Shown here: one piece after another, positions 27,074 through 36,446 of the stretch
How positions within the stretch are numbered: position 1 is the stretch's first letter
Layout: each line of letters begins with the position of its first letter
Origin: an uncultured Oscillospiraceae bacterium
GTDB taxonomy: Bacteria > Bacillota > Clostridia > Christensenellales > Aristaeellaceae
DNA length: 64,000 bases
Direction: 5' to 3'
Assembly: GCA_964416065.1 (NCBI GenBank)
Contig: CAYQCL010000001.1
Coordinates: 18,615-82,614, forward strand
Notes under the pieces: model-generated
Databases searched by the model: none
What the model saw: the letters and a program-made list of their open reading frames with translations, nothing else
What the model was told of the DNA's origin: nothing
Made by a program: the position numbers and the translations under genes

Positions 27074-30000
27074 TTACTCCTGTACCGTGTTAGAAATGGT
27101 CCAGTCACGCGTGGGAGGGGCCGTGATGGCGCTGGGCATGTCAGCGCCGTCAAGCAAAACATAACCCAAATCAAAGTTGACGTTTGTGCTGCCGCTCTCA
27201 ACCCTGAAGGGATCGCTGCGCGCGTCCAGACCGTCACCCGAGGTCAGACAGCTTGAGATGATACGGAGCGCTGGAACCGGCGTGGTGGGGGAGAGCTCCG
27301 CATAGGCCGAGGCCTCAAGCGTATATTCGCCAGGGTATACACCGTCAAAGAGGTAGTATCCATAGGCGTCCGTGGTGGTCTGGTAGACGGCTTGGCCGTT
27401 CTGCGTGAGCGTCACGGAAATTCCTGGAATACGCGGCTCGCTCTCATCCACAAGCCCGTTGCGGTTCTCATCCAGCCAAGCGATATCGCCTACCTTGGCG
27501 GGCTTGATGAAAAGAATGTCCTGGTCGAGCCGATGGCGCGCCATCTCCAAAAGGAAGGGCTCGCTCTGACCAAAGGCGCTGTCAATAAGCGAAATAACGG
27601 AGGGCGCGGAGGCATAGTTGGGATCGTCAGGCCTGACAAAGATCATTCCGTCAGGCAGACCGACCCGAAGCGTATATTCGGCGGGCCAAAGGCCGTCGAA
27701 GCGATAGGCTCCGTCCTCCGCCGTCACGACGGTCTGTAGAGGCTGGCCCGAGCCGTCGTTTGTCAGCAGCTGGACGGTGACGCCGGAAACGGGTGTGCGC
27801 TGTCCGTTTTCATCCAGCCATAGGCAACCGCCGATGCTGGTCTTGGATACAAGGCCCGTGGAAAGCCCCGAGACCTCCTCACCCTCCGGAACGGTCACCC
27901 CGCGCTGCACCATCTGGCCGCCCTCGGCGGCAAAGGTGGAGGAAGGTGCGTTCGCGGAGGCCGCTTGCTGGGGAAGGGAGAAGCGGACGGTATACTGTCC
28001 GGGACGCACGTTGTCAAAGCGGAAGCCATCTGCGGTGGAAAGCGTGCGCTGAATGGGCGTGACGCCCGTCTCGTCGACAAGCTCCAAAGAAACGTCCTCC
28101 ATGACGGACTCGCCCTCGTCCTCTTGGCCGTTTTGATTCTCATCCAGCCAGATATGTCCGGAAACGCCGGACGGCTTCACGGCGCCGATGGAGCGCTCGG
28201 TCCTGTCGGTCAACATCCGCCAGGTACAGGCGAGCGTCTGCTGCTGCGCGGGGGCCAGTGTGAGGCCGTCCGTGGAATGGCTGAAAATGTAGCCGTCCGG
28301 AAGCTCGATGCCCAGCTTGTAATCCGCCGGTCTGAGCTGAAGGAACGCGAAGAGGCCGTTGGCGTCCGAAACAACGCTTTGCGCCTCCAGCCCCTCCCGA
28401 TTGGGCGTGAGCGTAACCGTTGCGCCGGACAGGCACGACTCTCCTTCGTCCAGAACGCCGTTGGCGTTCGTATCATGGAAAACGCGGCCGGTGAAGCTGC
28501 CTAGCGTGACCGCGCCCGCCAACGGACGCACGTTGCTTTCGCCCATGCTCACCTGGAATGGTCCCACCGTGGTTTCGGGACCGTCGGCCGTGACGGTGTT
28601 GCCGCCCTCAGCCACCCGAGCCATCTCGCAATGCTCCGGCAAGATGTAGGTCAATGTATATTCGCCTGGCATGACGCCGTCGAAGAAAAAGGAGCCGTCG
28701 TCGGAAACGGAACGCGTCAGGTCAATCTCGGCGTCTTGGGAATAGAGGCGAACCGACGCACTAACCATGCCGATTTCGTTTTCGTCGCGCAGGCCGTTGT
28801 CATTGAGATCGTGAAAGAGCACGCCGCTGACCGTTGAGGAAGGCAGCATACCGGCGTTGACGTTTGTCACGTCCTCGCCCATGGCGATGGTCATCCTGTC
28901 CGTTACGCCGTATTCCCCCTCAAGGGAGACAATGTGACTGCCGTCCGCTTCGGCGGAACGCAGACGTGTAAAGCCAAAGCCGTTCTTGCGCTGCACTTGA
29001 ATGATATAATTCCCCGGCATAATACCGGTGAGCGTATAGACGCCCTTGGCGTTTGTGGAAGCGGCGGAGACGACGTTTCCCATCTCGTCCACCGCGCAGA
29101 CCTTCACGCCGGAGAGCGGTTTTTCCCCGCTACCAAGGACGCCGTCATAGTCCGCGTCCTGGAACACGGTGCCGCTGACGCTCGCGCTGCGCGCCACACC
29201 GATCAAGGCGGTCGTTTCGCCGCCGCTGATGACGGAAAGAGGCTGAATCGTGTTTTCCCGACGGGTGCCGCGCTGTTCAAAGAGATTGACCTGATCCGCC
29301 GTTCCCTCGGCCGTTATGGTGAAAATCGATCCGTCGTTTGGAAGAATCGCGCGCAGACGGTATTCGCCGCCGCGCAGGTTTTCCAGGGTGAAGGAGCCGT
29401 CCTCGGCAGTCACGGTCTTGCCCAAGGATTCGGAATTACTGATCTTGATGGCCTCGACGGTCACGCCCGCGTAGCCCGGCTCGCCCTCGTCATAGAGGCC
29501 ATTGTAATTTTCGTCCAAAAACGCCACCCCGCGCAGCGTGCCGTTTTGAACAACGCCGATGTTCTTGTCCCTGACCTGCTCCGCGTTTTTGACATAGAAC
29601 CGTCTGGAGAGGGTGGAGCCGCTGAAAATGCTGCGCAGATCGCCACCGGTCGTGGAATAGCGGGCATACAGCATCCCCTCGGGAATCCTGGCGGTGATGG
29701 TATAGTTGTCATCCATAAGCCGCTCAAAAAGATAGACGCCGGTTGCGTCGGTCGTGAGGGAGCGCTCCACACCGGTCTTTTTGCCGGTGAGGTAGATCGT
29801 GACGCCTTCCACGCCGGGCTCATCGTCATCCATAATGCCATTGTTGTTCAGGTCCTCGAACACCTTACCGCCAAAGGAGCCCGCGGATCGCGCGCCGACA
29901 AGGACGCCGGTCTCCTGACCGGCCGTGAACGAAAGTGGGTCGCTCAGTGCGGCAGCGTCCTCGCTGTCGCCCACGCAGCTTCCGGAGGCCGCCTTTTGGG

Positions 30001-30637
30001 TGAAGGCGTAGCCGGAGGGAAGGGTTACGCGCAGCGCATAGACGCCGGGCCGGACGCTCAGCCGTGCCTCGCCCTGCGTGTCCGTCGCGCAGGAGAAAAG
30101 GACGGTCTCATCCTCCATAACCTCAATCCGTACCTCGCTGACGCCAGTTTCCTTTTCACCACGGAGGCCATCGGCATTTTTGTCCGAAAAAGCGGACACG
30201 GCCAGCTTTGCGGCGGGACGCAGACCGATGTTGACCTCTGCGGCTTCACGGTCAAGAACGACGGCTTCTCCGTAGGTCGTTCCGTCCGAAAGCTCGATGG
30301 ACGCCCCGACGCTCGCAGCGTAATAATCCTGTCCGGCCAGAGAGCAGGTCACGCGATAGCTTCCCGCGCTCAGCTGAGAAAAGGCATATTTGCCGAAATC
30401 ATCGGTCACGGCCTGCGCCACGGATATCCATTCGTCGCCGTCCAGCCACTCCAGCGCCACAGGGACACCGGTCATCAGCAGCTCGCCCTGGTCCAGAGCG
30501 TGATTTTCGTTCTCATCGACATAGGCACAGCCGAAAAGGCTGAAAAAACCGGTCGATTCCGCTAGTGAAGGAATTCCCAGAAGCAGACAGAGAAAAAGCG
30601 CGCATACGCCGCAAAATGAAGGACGCGAAACTCTCAT
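27074..30637 (-). CDS. secreted protein with ten SdrD-B-like / Cna-B-type repeats
   Basis: 1187 aa from ATG 30637 (AGGAGG upstream), with signal peptide MRVSRPSFCGVCALFLCLLLGIPSLAES. There are ten spaced copies of the pattern [FW]xDxNxNGxxDxxExxxxGVxVxL...DGxYxFxxLxxGxY, e.g. VFEDLNNNGIMDDDEPGVEGVTIYL, VFHDTNANGVLDEGESCLSGATVTL, AWLDENRNGLVDESEPRIPGISVTL. No LPXTG, SLH or C-terminal TM segment was seen. Confidence 0.85.
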   Translation of the reverse strand: MRVSRPSFCGVCALFLCLLLGIPSLAESTGFFSLFGCAYVDENENHALDQGELLMTGVPVALEWLDGDEWISVAQAVTDDFGKYAFSQLSAGSYRVTCSLAGQDYYAASVGASIELSDGTTYGEAVVLDREAAEVNIGLRPAAKLAVSAFSDKNADGLRGEKETGVSEVRIEVMEDETVLFSCATDTQGEARLSVRPGVYALRVTLPSGYAFTQKAASGSCVGDSEDAAALSDPLSFTAGQETGVLVGARSAGSFGGKVFEDLNNNGIMDDDEPGVEGVTIYLTGKKTGVERSLTTDATGVYLFERLMDDNYTITARIPEGMLYARYSTTGGDLRSIFSGSTLSRRFYVKNAEQVRDKNIGVVQNGTLRGVAFLDENYNGLYDEGEPGYAGVTVEAIKISNSESLGKTVTAEDGSFTLENLRGGEYRLRAILPNDGSIFTITAEGTADQVNLFEQRGTRRENTIQPLSVISGGETTALIGVARSASVSGTVFQDADYDGVLGSGEKPLSGVKVCAVDEMGNVVSAASTNAKGVYTLTGIMPGNYIIQVQRKNGFGFTRLRSAEADGSHIVSLEGEYGVTDRMTIAMGEDVTNVNAGMLPSSTVSGVLFHDLNDNGLRDENEIGMVSASVRLYSQDAEIDLTRSVSDDGSFFFDGVMPGEYTLTYILPEHCEMARVAEGGNTVTADGPETTVGPFQVSMGESNVRPLAGAVTLGSFTGRVFHDTNANGVLDEGESCLSGATVTLTPNREGLEAQSVVSDANGLFAFLQLRPADYKLGIELPDGYIFSHSTDGLTLAPAQQQTLACTWRMLTDRTERSIGAVKPSGVSGHIWLDENQNGQEDEGESVMEDVSLELVDETGVTPIQRTLSTADGFRFDNVRPGQYTVRFSLPQQAASANAPSSTFAAEGGQMVQRGVTVPEGEEVSGLSTGLVSKTSIGGCLWLDENGQRTPVSGVTVQLLTNDGSGQPLQTVVTAEDGAYRFDGLWPAEYTLRVGLPDGMIFVRPDDPNYASAPSVISLIDSAFGQSEPFLLEMARHRLDQDILFIKPAKVGDIAWLDENRNGLVDESEPRIPGISVTLTQNGQAVYQTTTDAYGYYLFDGVYPGEYTLEASAYAELSPTTPVPALRIISSCLTSGDGLDARSDPFRVESGSTNVNFDLGYVLLDGADMPSAITAPPTRDWTISNTVQE

Positions 30638-30687
30638 CAAAGCAACCTCCTGGTTTATTGCGCAAGGCCGCACAAATTACCAAGATA

Positions 30688-30716
30688 ATAGTAAAACATG
30701 TGGTCGGCTTTGTCAA
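30688..30716 (-). promoter_or_regulatory. candidate promoter TTGACA-17-TACTAT for the repeat protein gene
   Basis: On the minus strand, -35 is the rc of 30711-30716 and -10 is the rc of 30688-30693, with a 17-nt spacer. Confidence 0.5.
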
Positions 30717-30843
30717 CGGGAAGCGGCGGTTTGTAACATGTGAACATGACTGTTTAAAGGCACGGTGAAAATTTGAAATTTTGTGAAAGGTGGAAAAAAC
30801 TGCGTCCTCATTCCGTTATACCTTATGAAGGGGGGTGAGGCGC

Positions 30844-31359
30844 ATGGAAAACGCCGCGGTACCCGGCGAGACCCCGAAACAACGCCTGGAACGATGGGTA
30901 AACGACTATTCGGACGCCATACTGCGCATGTGCTTCGTGTATCTGCGCGACCGCCAGCAGGCGGAGGACGCCATGCAGGATACCTTTTTGAAGGCGTGGC
31001 GGCACATGGCGCAGATGAGCGATGAAACCGGTGAAAGGGCGTGGCTGATGCGCATCGCCATCAATACCTGCCACGATTATCACCGCTCAAGATGGTTCAA
31101 ACATATCGACCTAAGAAGGGAGCTTGAGGACATCGCGCCCGCCGTGGACGCATCAGAGGAGGATCATGCCTTGCTGATGGACGTATACGCCTTGCCGGAA
31201 AAATACAAGCAGGTGCTTTTGCTGTACTACTATCAGGAAATGACGCTTGAGGAAACCGCGCAGAGCCTGTGTATCAGCCGTTCAGCGGCACACAGACGTC
31301 TGGTTAGGGCGCGGGAGCTGCTGAGGGGACACCTGACGGGGAGGAATTTGGATGAATAA
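30844..31359 (+). CDS. RNA polymerase sigma factor, ECF (sigma-70 group 4) family
   Basis: Region 2 reads DAMQDTFLKAWRHM..RIAINTCHDYHR. Region 4 reads LPEKYKQVLLLYYYQEMTLEETAQSLCISRSAAHRRLVRARELL. Confidence 0.9.
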   Translation: MENAAVPGETPKQRLERWVNDYSDAILRMCFVYLRDRQQAEDAMQDTFLKAWRHMAQMSDETGERAWLMRIAINTCHDYHRSRWFKHIDLRRELEDIAPAVDASEEDHALLMDVYALPEKYKQVLLLYYYQEMTLEETAQSLCISRSAAHRRLVRARELLRGHLTGRNLDE

Positions 31360-32785
31360 CCTGAAACGGGCGATTGACGCCGATTTGTCCCGTCTGCGCG
31401 TGACCCAGCGGGAACGAGACCGCATTTTACAAAACGCTTGGGAGGGACAAAAGGTGAAGAAAAAAATATCCGTCGCCTTTGTGCTGGCAACGATACTGGT
31501 ATTGGCCGCCGCCGTGGCATTGGCCGTGGCGACCATTCAGGGGACGGGATGCCTGATCGCGCAGACGGAAAAGGAAAACGGCGATTACCTGGACTGGCCA
31601 GTGGAAACTCGGATCCAGATTGTGCTGGAACTGATGGACGAGGGGTACATTCCCCAGACGGAGGAACGCGGGCAGCTACGCGATGGCACACTTTCTGACG
31701 ACGATGCCGCGCGCGTAGCCGATGCGGCCATTTCAGAACTGACAGCGGAGGATGCCAGATACGCCAGCTTCCTTGGCATCATGAACGCTGTATGGGGGCC
31801 CTTTGAGGAATGGACGCATGAGCAGCAGGCGTGGTACTCGACCGTGATGGAGGATGTGGGCTTTGAAACAGAGGGAAAATCCTTCTATGTGCTGCCCACC
31901 GGACCGCTTGACGAGGCGGATGCCATCGAATGCGCTAAGCGGGAGATTCTGCGCGTGTTTGACACCCTGGACGCGGACACGCTGAATCTATTCGACACGA
32001 CGGTGGATTTTCAGATTCCTGAGGACGCGGAGCAGGGAGATACCAAGGCCTACTGGTACGTATGCTTCGACAGCTGGAACACAGGCATTGATTCCAGCGA
32101 CCTGCCCTTCGCCACAATCGACCTGTTTATCGACCCTGACACCGGCACGCCTCGCGATTCCCTGGAGGAATACGCGGAAGTGCTTGAAAAAGAGGCGGCG
32201 CGGCGCAACCATCCCATTCGCCAGCGAATTCGAGCCCTTAAGGCGGAATGCGGAGAAGACAAGAACCTGCCCACCTGGAGCGTGGAGAACAAGGCCCGAT
32301 GGTCGGTCGAGATCGCTCCGCTGATCCTGGCCTTTGAGAAAGAGAATCCCGAAGAGGCACGGCAGATGTTTGGGCCGGACGAGCTTGCAGCTTCGCGCTT
32401 TGTCTACGGCCTGCCGGATGAGAAGGCCTTGACGCGAGAGGACGCCCTGAACCAGGCAAGGGACGCACTGCGCGCGGCCTATCCGCTTGCGGATGAGGAA
32501 TGGAGCCTCCTGTTTGATCCGGCCAACGAGGATTCTACCTACATCTGTTACGATATAACCACTCCCGACGCGCCCCTGTGGAAGCTTGTGTTTGTTATGC
32601 CCACCCAGTATAACGCAAACGACGACTTGGCCGGACGAGCCAAAGAGATTTACGGTCAACGAGATCGCGATGACTACGACCTGTTCTATAAGGTGGAGCT
32701 GAATGCCTATACGGGCGAGGTTGTGCGCACCCTCAGTCTGAAATATTTGGACGTGACGGAGGAGGCGTATCGGGAGATTCTATAA
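31352..32785 (+). CDS. putative anti-sigma factor, single-pass, large acidic extracytoplasmic domain
   Basis: Overlaps the sigma gene stop by 8 nt. It has a short cytoplasmic N-terminus, one TM helix (ISVAFVLATILVLAAAVALAVATI) and about 410 external residues. Two segments look PepSY-like (DEADAIECAKREIL..; LTREDALNQARDAL...YKVELNAYTGEVV). No zf-HC2 motif is present. The function is inferred from position. Confidence 0.55.
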   Translation: MNNLKRAIDADLSRLRVTQRERDRILQNAWEGQKVKKKISVAFVLATILVLAAAVALAVATIQGTGCLIAQTEKENGDYLDWPVETRIQIVLELMDEGYIPQTEERGQLRDGTLSDDDAARVADAAISELTAEDARYASFLGIMNAVWGPFEEWTHEQQAWYSTVMEDVGFETEGKSFYVLPTGPLDEADAIECAKREILRVFDTLDADTLNLFDTTVDFQIPEDAEQGDTKAYWYVCFDSWNTGIDSSDLPFATIDLFIDPDTGTPRDSLEEYAEVLEKEAARRNHPIRQRIRALKAECGEDKNLPTWSVENKARWSVEIAPLILAFEKENPEEARQMFGPDELAASRFVYGLPDEKALTREDALNQARDALRAAYPLADEEWSLLFDPANEDSTYICYDITTPDAPLWKLVFVMPTQYNANDDLAGRAKEIYGQRDRDDYDLFYKVELNAYTGEVVRTLSLKYLDVTEEAYREIL

Positions 32786-32836
32786 GAAGAAAGGGAACAG
32801 GGAAAGGGCCTGTTAAAGCCTTTCAACCAGAATCAT

Positions 32837-32885
32837 GCGAAAAAAATCCGCTCTCAAGCGTTGCTTGGAAGCGGATTTTTTTCGC
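32837..32885. terminator. bidirectional intrinsic terminator
   Basis: GCGAAAAAAATCCGC (32837-32851) pairs with GCGGATTTTTTTCGC (32871-32885). The A7 and T7 tracts are part of and flank the stem. Confidence 0.7.
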
Positions 32886-32924
32886 TGTTGCAGAAACCGT
32901 GTATTGAAACTGTTTCTGCAACAG
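32885..32924. repeat. perfect 13-bp inverted repeat immediately abutting the terminator
   Basis: CTGTTGCAGAAAC (32885-32897) pairs with GTTTCTGCAACAG (32912-32924). A third small hairpin, AACAGG/CCTGTT at 32796-32814, follows the anti-sigma stop. Confidence 0.7.
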
Positions 32925-33098
32925 GCCCTGTTTTGATCCGCCCGCGTGCTTATTCCATAGGACGAGCCTCCACCGTCACACGTAGCGGCACATCCGCCGC
33001 AAAGGTTATGCTGGCAACATTGGGAGGCTTGGGAAGAAGAACGGTAACCGCCCGCTCGACCTCGTTGAAAGAACTGCTTTTCAGGGAAGGGATCCTCC

Positions 33099-33127
33099 TT
33101 GACAGAACAAAAAGAAAATGCTACGAT
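33099..33127 (+). promoter_or_regulatory. candidate promoter TTGACA-17-TACGAT upstream of the sensor kinase remnant
   Basis: -35 is at 33099-33104 and -10 at 33122-33127. Confidence 0.45.
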
Positions 33128-33223
33128 ATTTTCTCAAAAAAAGAGGCACCATATGGATTTCTCAGACTGAAACGAGGCACGGCCCATGGGAAAGAGGCGT
33201 CAAAGAAGCTACAGGCTTACCAA

Positions 33224-34682
33224 ATGACAAAAGACCTTTCTGGCGGCGTTTATAGCGATCATGGTGGTGCTGCTGATTTCCGTCACGGCCATTTTGATTG
33301 CTAACCGTGCCTACGTGACAGGCAAAAACCATATCTATGTGCTGGAAAAGCAGGACAAGCTCAGTTTGAAACCACAAATTTCTTTCTCAACCAGGAGGGG
33401 CCTGTGCAGCGTTTTCCTCTGTCCAGGGAGGAACTGGAACAGGCCTCGCAGGAGGAGATGTTCGTCAAGGACGGACGACCGTATATCGTGCGTACCCTGA
33501 TGGATTACCAGGCCCATGAGCCCAACGGTTTATGCAGCATTGTGATGGAATTGAACGCAAAGGCGCTATTTGAGCAATTTTCCTTTCTGTGTCAGGGCGA
33601 TGAAAGCGTAGCGCTGCTGGTTTTAGGTCAGGCGCTGGAAGGCGCCGACTCGCCGGAGACGCCCCTCAAAAAAACAGGTGATTACCAGCAGCATGGCTCT
33701 TTACTCCCTGCAAATTTCCTTGGGCATCGGAACGGCCCGTTACCAGCTTTCCACGGATGAATGGCTGACATCAGTGGGCGCAGGCGTGGAAATCACCTGC
33801 CTGCTGGCCTGGGTATTCATTCTGTATTACTACCTGCATTTGTATCGCCCGCTGGAGCTGCTGCTGGACGAGGCCTTTACGCACATGAAGCAGGGTGATC
33901 TGACATATCGGATTCCCACTCAGCACAGCGGCTCGTTTGCGAATATCTACCAGACCTTTAACGAATCCATGGCACGGCTGGAATACCTGATGGATCATGT
34001 GTACCGGAAGAAGCTACTGATCAGTGAGATGCAGTTTAAGCAATTGCAGTCTCAGATCAATCCCCATTTTATGCACAACACCTACTACACCCTCTATCGG
34101 CTGATTCAGGATCGGAATTGGGCCTCTAGTAGCCAGTTGGCCCGATTGCTGGGCGATTTCTATCACTATATCACCCGAAACGGCAGTACGGAGAGAACGC
34201 TTCGGGAGGAAATGGGCCATACGCTGACCTATGTGAAAATTCAAACCATCCGCTTTCCCAACACCATTCAGGAAATAGAACCGCTACCAGAGGAGATCAC
34301 CGGATTGATTGTGCCCCAGCTGATTATGCAGCCAGTGTTTGAAAATGTATTCCAGCACGCGCGCCAAAACCTGCGGCCCGAGGAGCCTCTACATCTGCGC
34401 CTGCGCTACCGGATCGACGGAGATGACGTTTGGATTTCCGTGGAAAATAACGGTCCGTTGCAGGAATCCACCATCGAGCGGCTGCGGAGTGCGCTCGCTC
34501 AGACAGATCCACATCGGGAAACAACCGCGTTGATCAATATTCATAAAAGGCTGCGTTACTTTTATGGCGAGGGAGCGGGCCTGACCGTGAGCCGCTCTGA
34601 TCTGGACGGCTTATGCGTGTGCATCCATTTGAAAGGAGAAGGGTATGGAACAGCGGGACAGCTTGCGGGTTTACCTGATTGA
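33224..34682 (+). pseudogene. YesM-type sensor histidine kinase with three frameshifts
   Basis: Pieces lie in three frames. The ATG at 33224 gives MTK, then a shift at the A4 run 33229-33232 restores (M)TKTFLAAFIAIMVVLLISVTAILIANRAY (TM1). A second shift near 33376-33390 leads to ..NFFLNQEGPVQRF... A third shift at the A7 run 33668-33674 leads to (..PLKK | QVITSSMALYSLQ..). The rest is intact: TM2, a HAMP-like segment, the His_kinase box QINPHFMHNTYYTL and HATPase VWISVENNGP. Confidence 0.7.
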
Positions 34683-35474
34683 TGATGAGGTGCTCATCGT
34701 GGAATCGCTTGCCCATCTGCTTGAGGAGCATTTTGGGGATCAGGCACTGGTACGCTTTTTTATCAGTCCCGCAATACTGATGGAGGATTTTGAGCAGATG
34801 CCCTGTGATCTTCTGATTTCAGACATCCGCATGCCCAGAATGACGGGGCTTGAAATGCTCAGCCGTCTGCATGCTGTTTCCGAGAATTTTGAGACCATCT
34901 TCCTGACCGGATATGACATATTTGAATATGCGTATCAATCCATTCAGAAAAATGCCTTTGGCTACCTGCTCAAAAACGAGTCGGATGAGCGGGTGCTGGA
35001 GGTGGTGGATAAGGCGGTCGAAAAAAAACCCAAAGCCGAAGCACGCTTGAACGGCGCCTGGACGATACGTCCAAGGAGGCATGGGAGGAAGTGGACTTTT
35101 CCACGCTGCCGGTCATCAGCGTGCAGGAGAGCAAGACCATCCGGCTGCGTCGAGTCTCGTCCCAGGTGAAGGCCTACGTGGCTGAGCACATGGGCGACGA
35201 TCTGACCACGGCATCCATCGCCGCCCATGTAGGATATAGCGAGGCGCACCTGTCCTGCCTGTTTAAGGAAAGCGAGGGTGTGACGCTTCATCTCTTTATT
35301 CAGCAGGCGCGCATGGAACGCGCCTGCAAGATGCTTCGAAGCACCCATGAGAAAATATACCGGATTGCTCAGCGATGCGGGTATAACAATACCGCATATT
35401 TCATCCGGACTTTCAAAAGCGCGATGGGGATCACCCCGCAGCAATACCGCTACCGGCAGTCCAGCCGTCCCTGA
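34645..35474 (+). pseudogene. YesN-type response regulator (REC + AraC HTH) with one frameshift
   Basis: The REC domain is intact (VYLIDDE.., LLISDIRMPRMTGLEM). The frame breaks at the A8 run 35021-35028. The next frame continues KKTQSRSTLERRLDD...VDFSTLPV and the AraC HTH (IAAHVGYSEAHLSCLFKE..IAQRCGYNNTAYFIRTFKSAMGITPQQYR). Confidence 0.7.
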
Positions 35475-35693
35475 GGCTTCGTCGCTTCGGGGCTTTTTTA
35501 TTCAAAAAGATGAATTAAATGACCTATATTTTACCTATATACGCATCATTTTGATGGAAAATGAATATAAATCTCAGTTTTTTATCATATACACGCCTTC
35601 TTTTGCTTCTGTATAATAAACGCAACAAAAGAACCGCATAAAAGCGTTCATGAAGGGAGCAAGCAGACGGCCACAGGGGCGGGCCGTCGGTAT

Positions 35694-36380
35694 TTGTTCG
35701 GATGGGCCGCCGTCAAGGAATTCAATTCCAAGGGATTTAATCCGCCCTGCTGGCAGGGGAAGGATTACGGCACCTTCAGCCATGGCGGTACTATGGTGGT
35801 TCACGAAATAGGTCAGAATCCGGACGGCACCCTGAGAGTCGTCCCGCCGGAAACGGTGCGTAACGCCATGAGCAAGGAACTGCCCCTGGAATTTGAGGCG
35901 CTCACGGGGAGGTGGCAGAACTGCGAGGGCAGTTATCATACGGACACGCCTCATGCATACGCGTGTGCCCTGCTAAGCATTCTGCCGGAATGCTATCGCA
36001 TCGAGGCGGATGTGACCTTCACTCAAAGGCCGCTGGAATACGGCATTGCCCTGCAGATGGATCGGGACTTTGTGAAGGGATATTACCTGCAATGGGAGTC
36101 CGCGCGTCAGCGCGTACAGTGGAAAAGCGCCATTCGTATGTATGAGGATGGCGGCGCCACCTTCCCCTATGAGGTGGAAATGGAGCATGCAGTCTCCATA
36201 AAGGCCGGAGTCCCCACACATGTGACCATCCTTGCGCAAGAAAGTCTGATTGTTGTGTATCTGAATGGACAAACGGCCATGACCGTGCGTGGCTTTGATT
36301 ATACAGCACGCAGACTGGGCCTGTATGCGTTTGGCGGTAGCGTACAATTTGACCACGTAAAGCTATATACTATGGAGTAA
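35694..36380 (+). CDS. orphan beta-sandwich ORF resembling the C-terminal part of a clan GH-J (GH32-like) glycosidase; possible gene remnant
   Basis: 228 aa with a TTG start and no convincing RBS. The N-terminus FGWAAVKEF...GGTMVVHEIGQNPDGTLRVVPPE resembles the propeller-to-sandwich linker of GH32 enzymes. The tail GGSVQFDHVKLY is typical of ConA-like lectin/glucanase folds. No catalytic N-terminal domain lies upstream. The assignment is tentative. Confidence 0.35.
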   Translation: MFGWAAVKEFNSKGFNPPCWQGKDYGTFSHGGTMVVHEIGQNPDGTLRVVPPETVRNAMSKELPLEFEALTGRWQNCEGSYHTDTPHAYACALLSILPECYRIEADVTFTQRPLEYGIALQMDRDFVKGYYLQWESARQRVQWKSAIRMYEDGGATFPYEVEMEHAVSIKAGVPTHVTILAQESLIVVYLNGQTAMTVRGFDYTARRLGLYAFGGSVQFDHVKLYTME

Positions 36381-36446
36381 GATAAAAGGCAGAGTCTCAC
36401 AGGAATATGAGCCTCTGCCTATTTAAACCCAAAAGAACAATTTTCA

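Noticed and set aside
28934-30565. 543-aa plus-strand ORF inside the repeat-protein gene
   Set aside because: It is an antisense shadow of the ten-repeat SdrD-B-like CDS with no motif content. Other shadows were rejected on the same grounds: 6840..7784, 9472..10629, 10239..11186, 13639..14586, 14160..15008, 14740..15690, 17578..18513, 19772..20650, 20861..21592, 23370..24056, 24053..24757, 39371..40375, 49218..50231, 51141..52025, 53287..54288 and 56721..57383.
30792-30818. ECF-type autoregulatory promoter GGAAAA-N16-CGTTA upstream of the sigma gene
   Set aside because: The -35 lacks the usual GGAAC core, and I have only one instance with no second copy upstream of the repeat-protein gene. 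It is kept as a hypothesis inside the finding rather than as a feature.
32861-33304. 147-aa plus-strand ORF between the anti-sigma gene and the kinase remnant
   Set aside because: It starts inside the bidirectional terminator and runs through a second perfect hairpin and a predicted promoter. It has no RBS and no recognisable domain.
35650-35810. ATG-initiated ORF MKGASRRPQGRAVGICSDG... upstream of and overlapping the beta-sandwich ORF
   Set aside because: It is short (about 53 aa), Arg/Pro-rich, in a different frame from the domain-like translation, and has no RBS.
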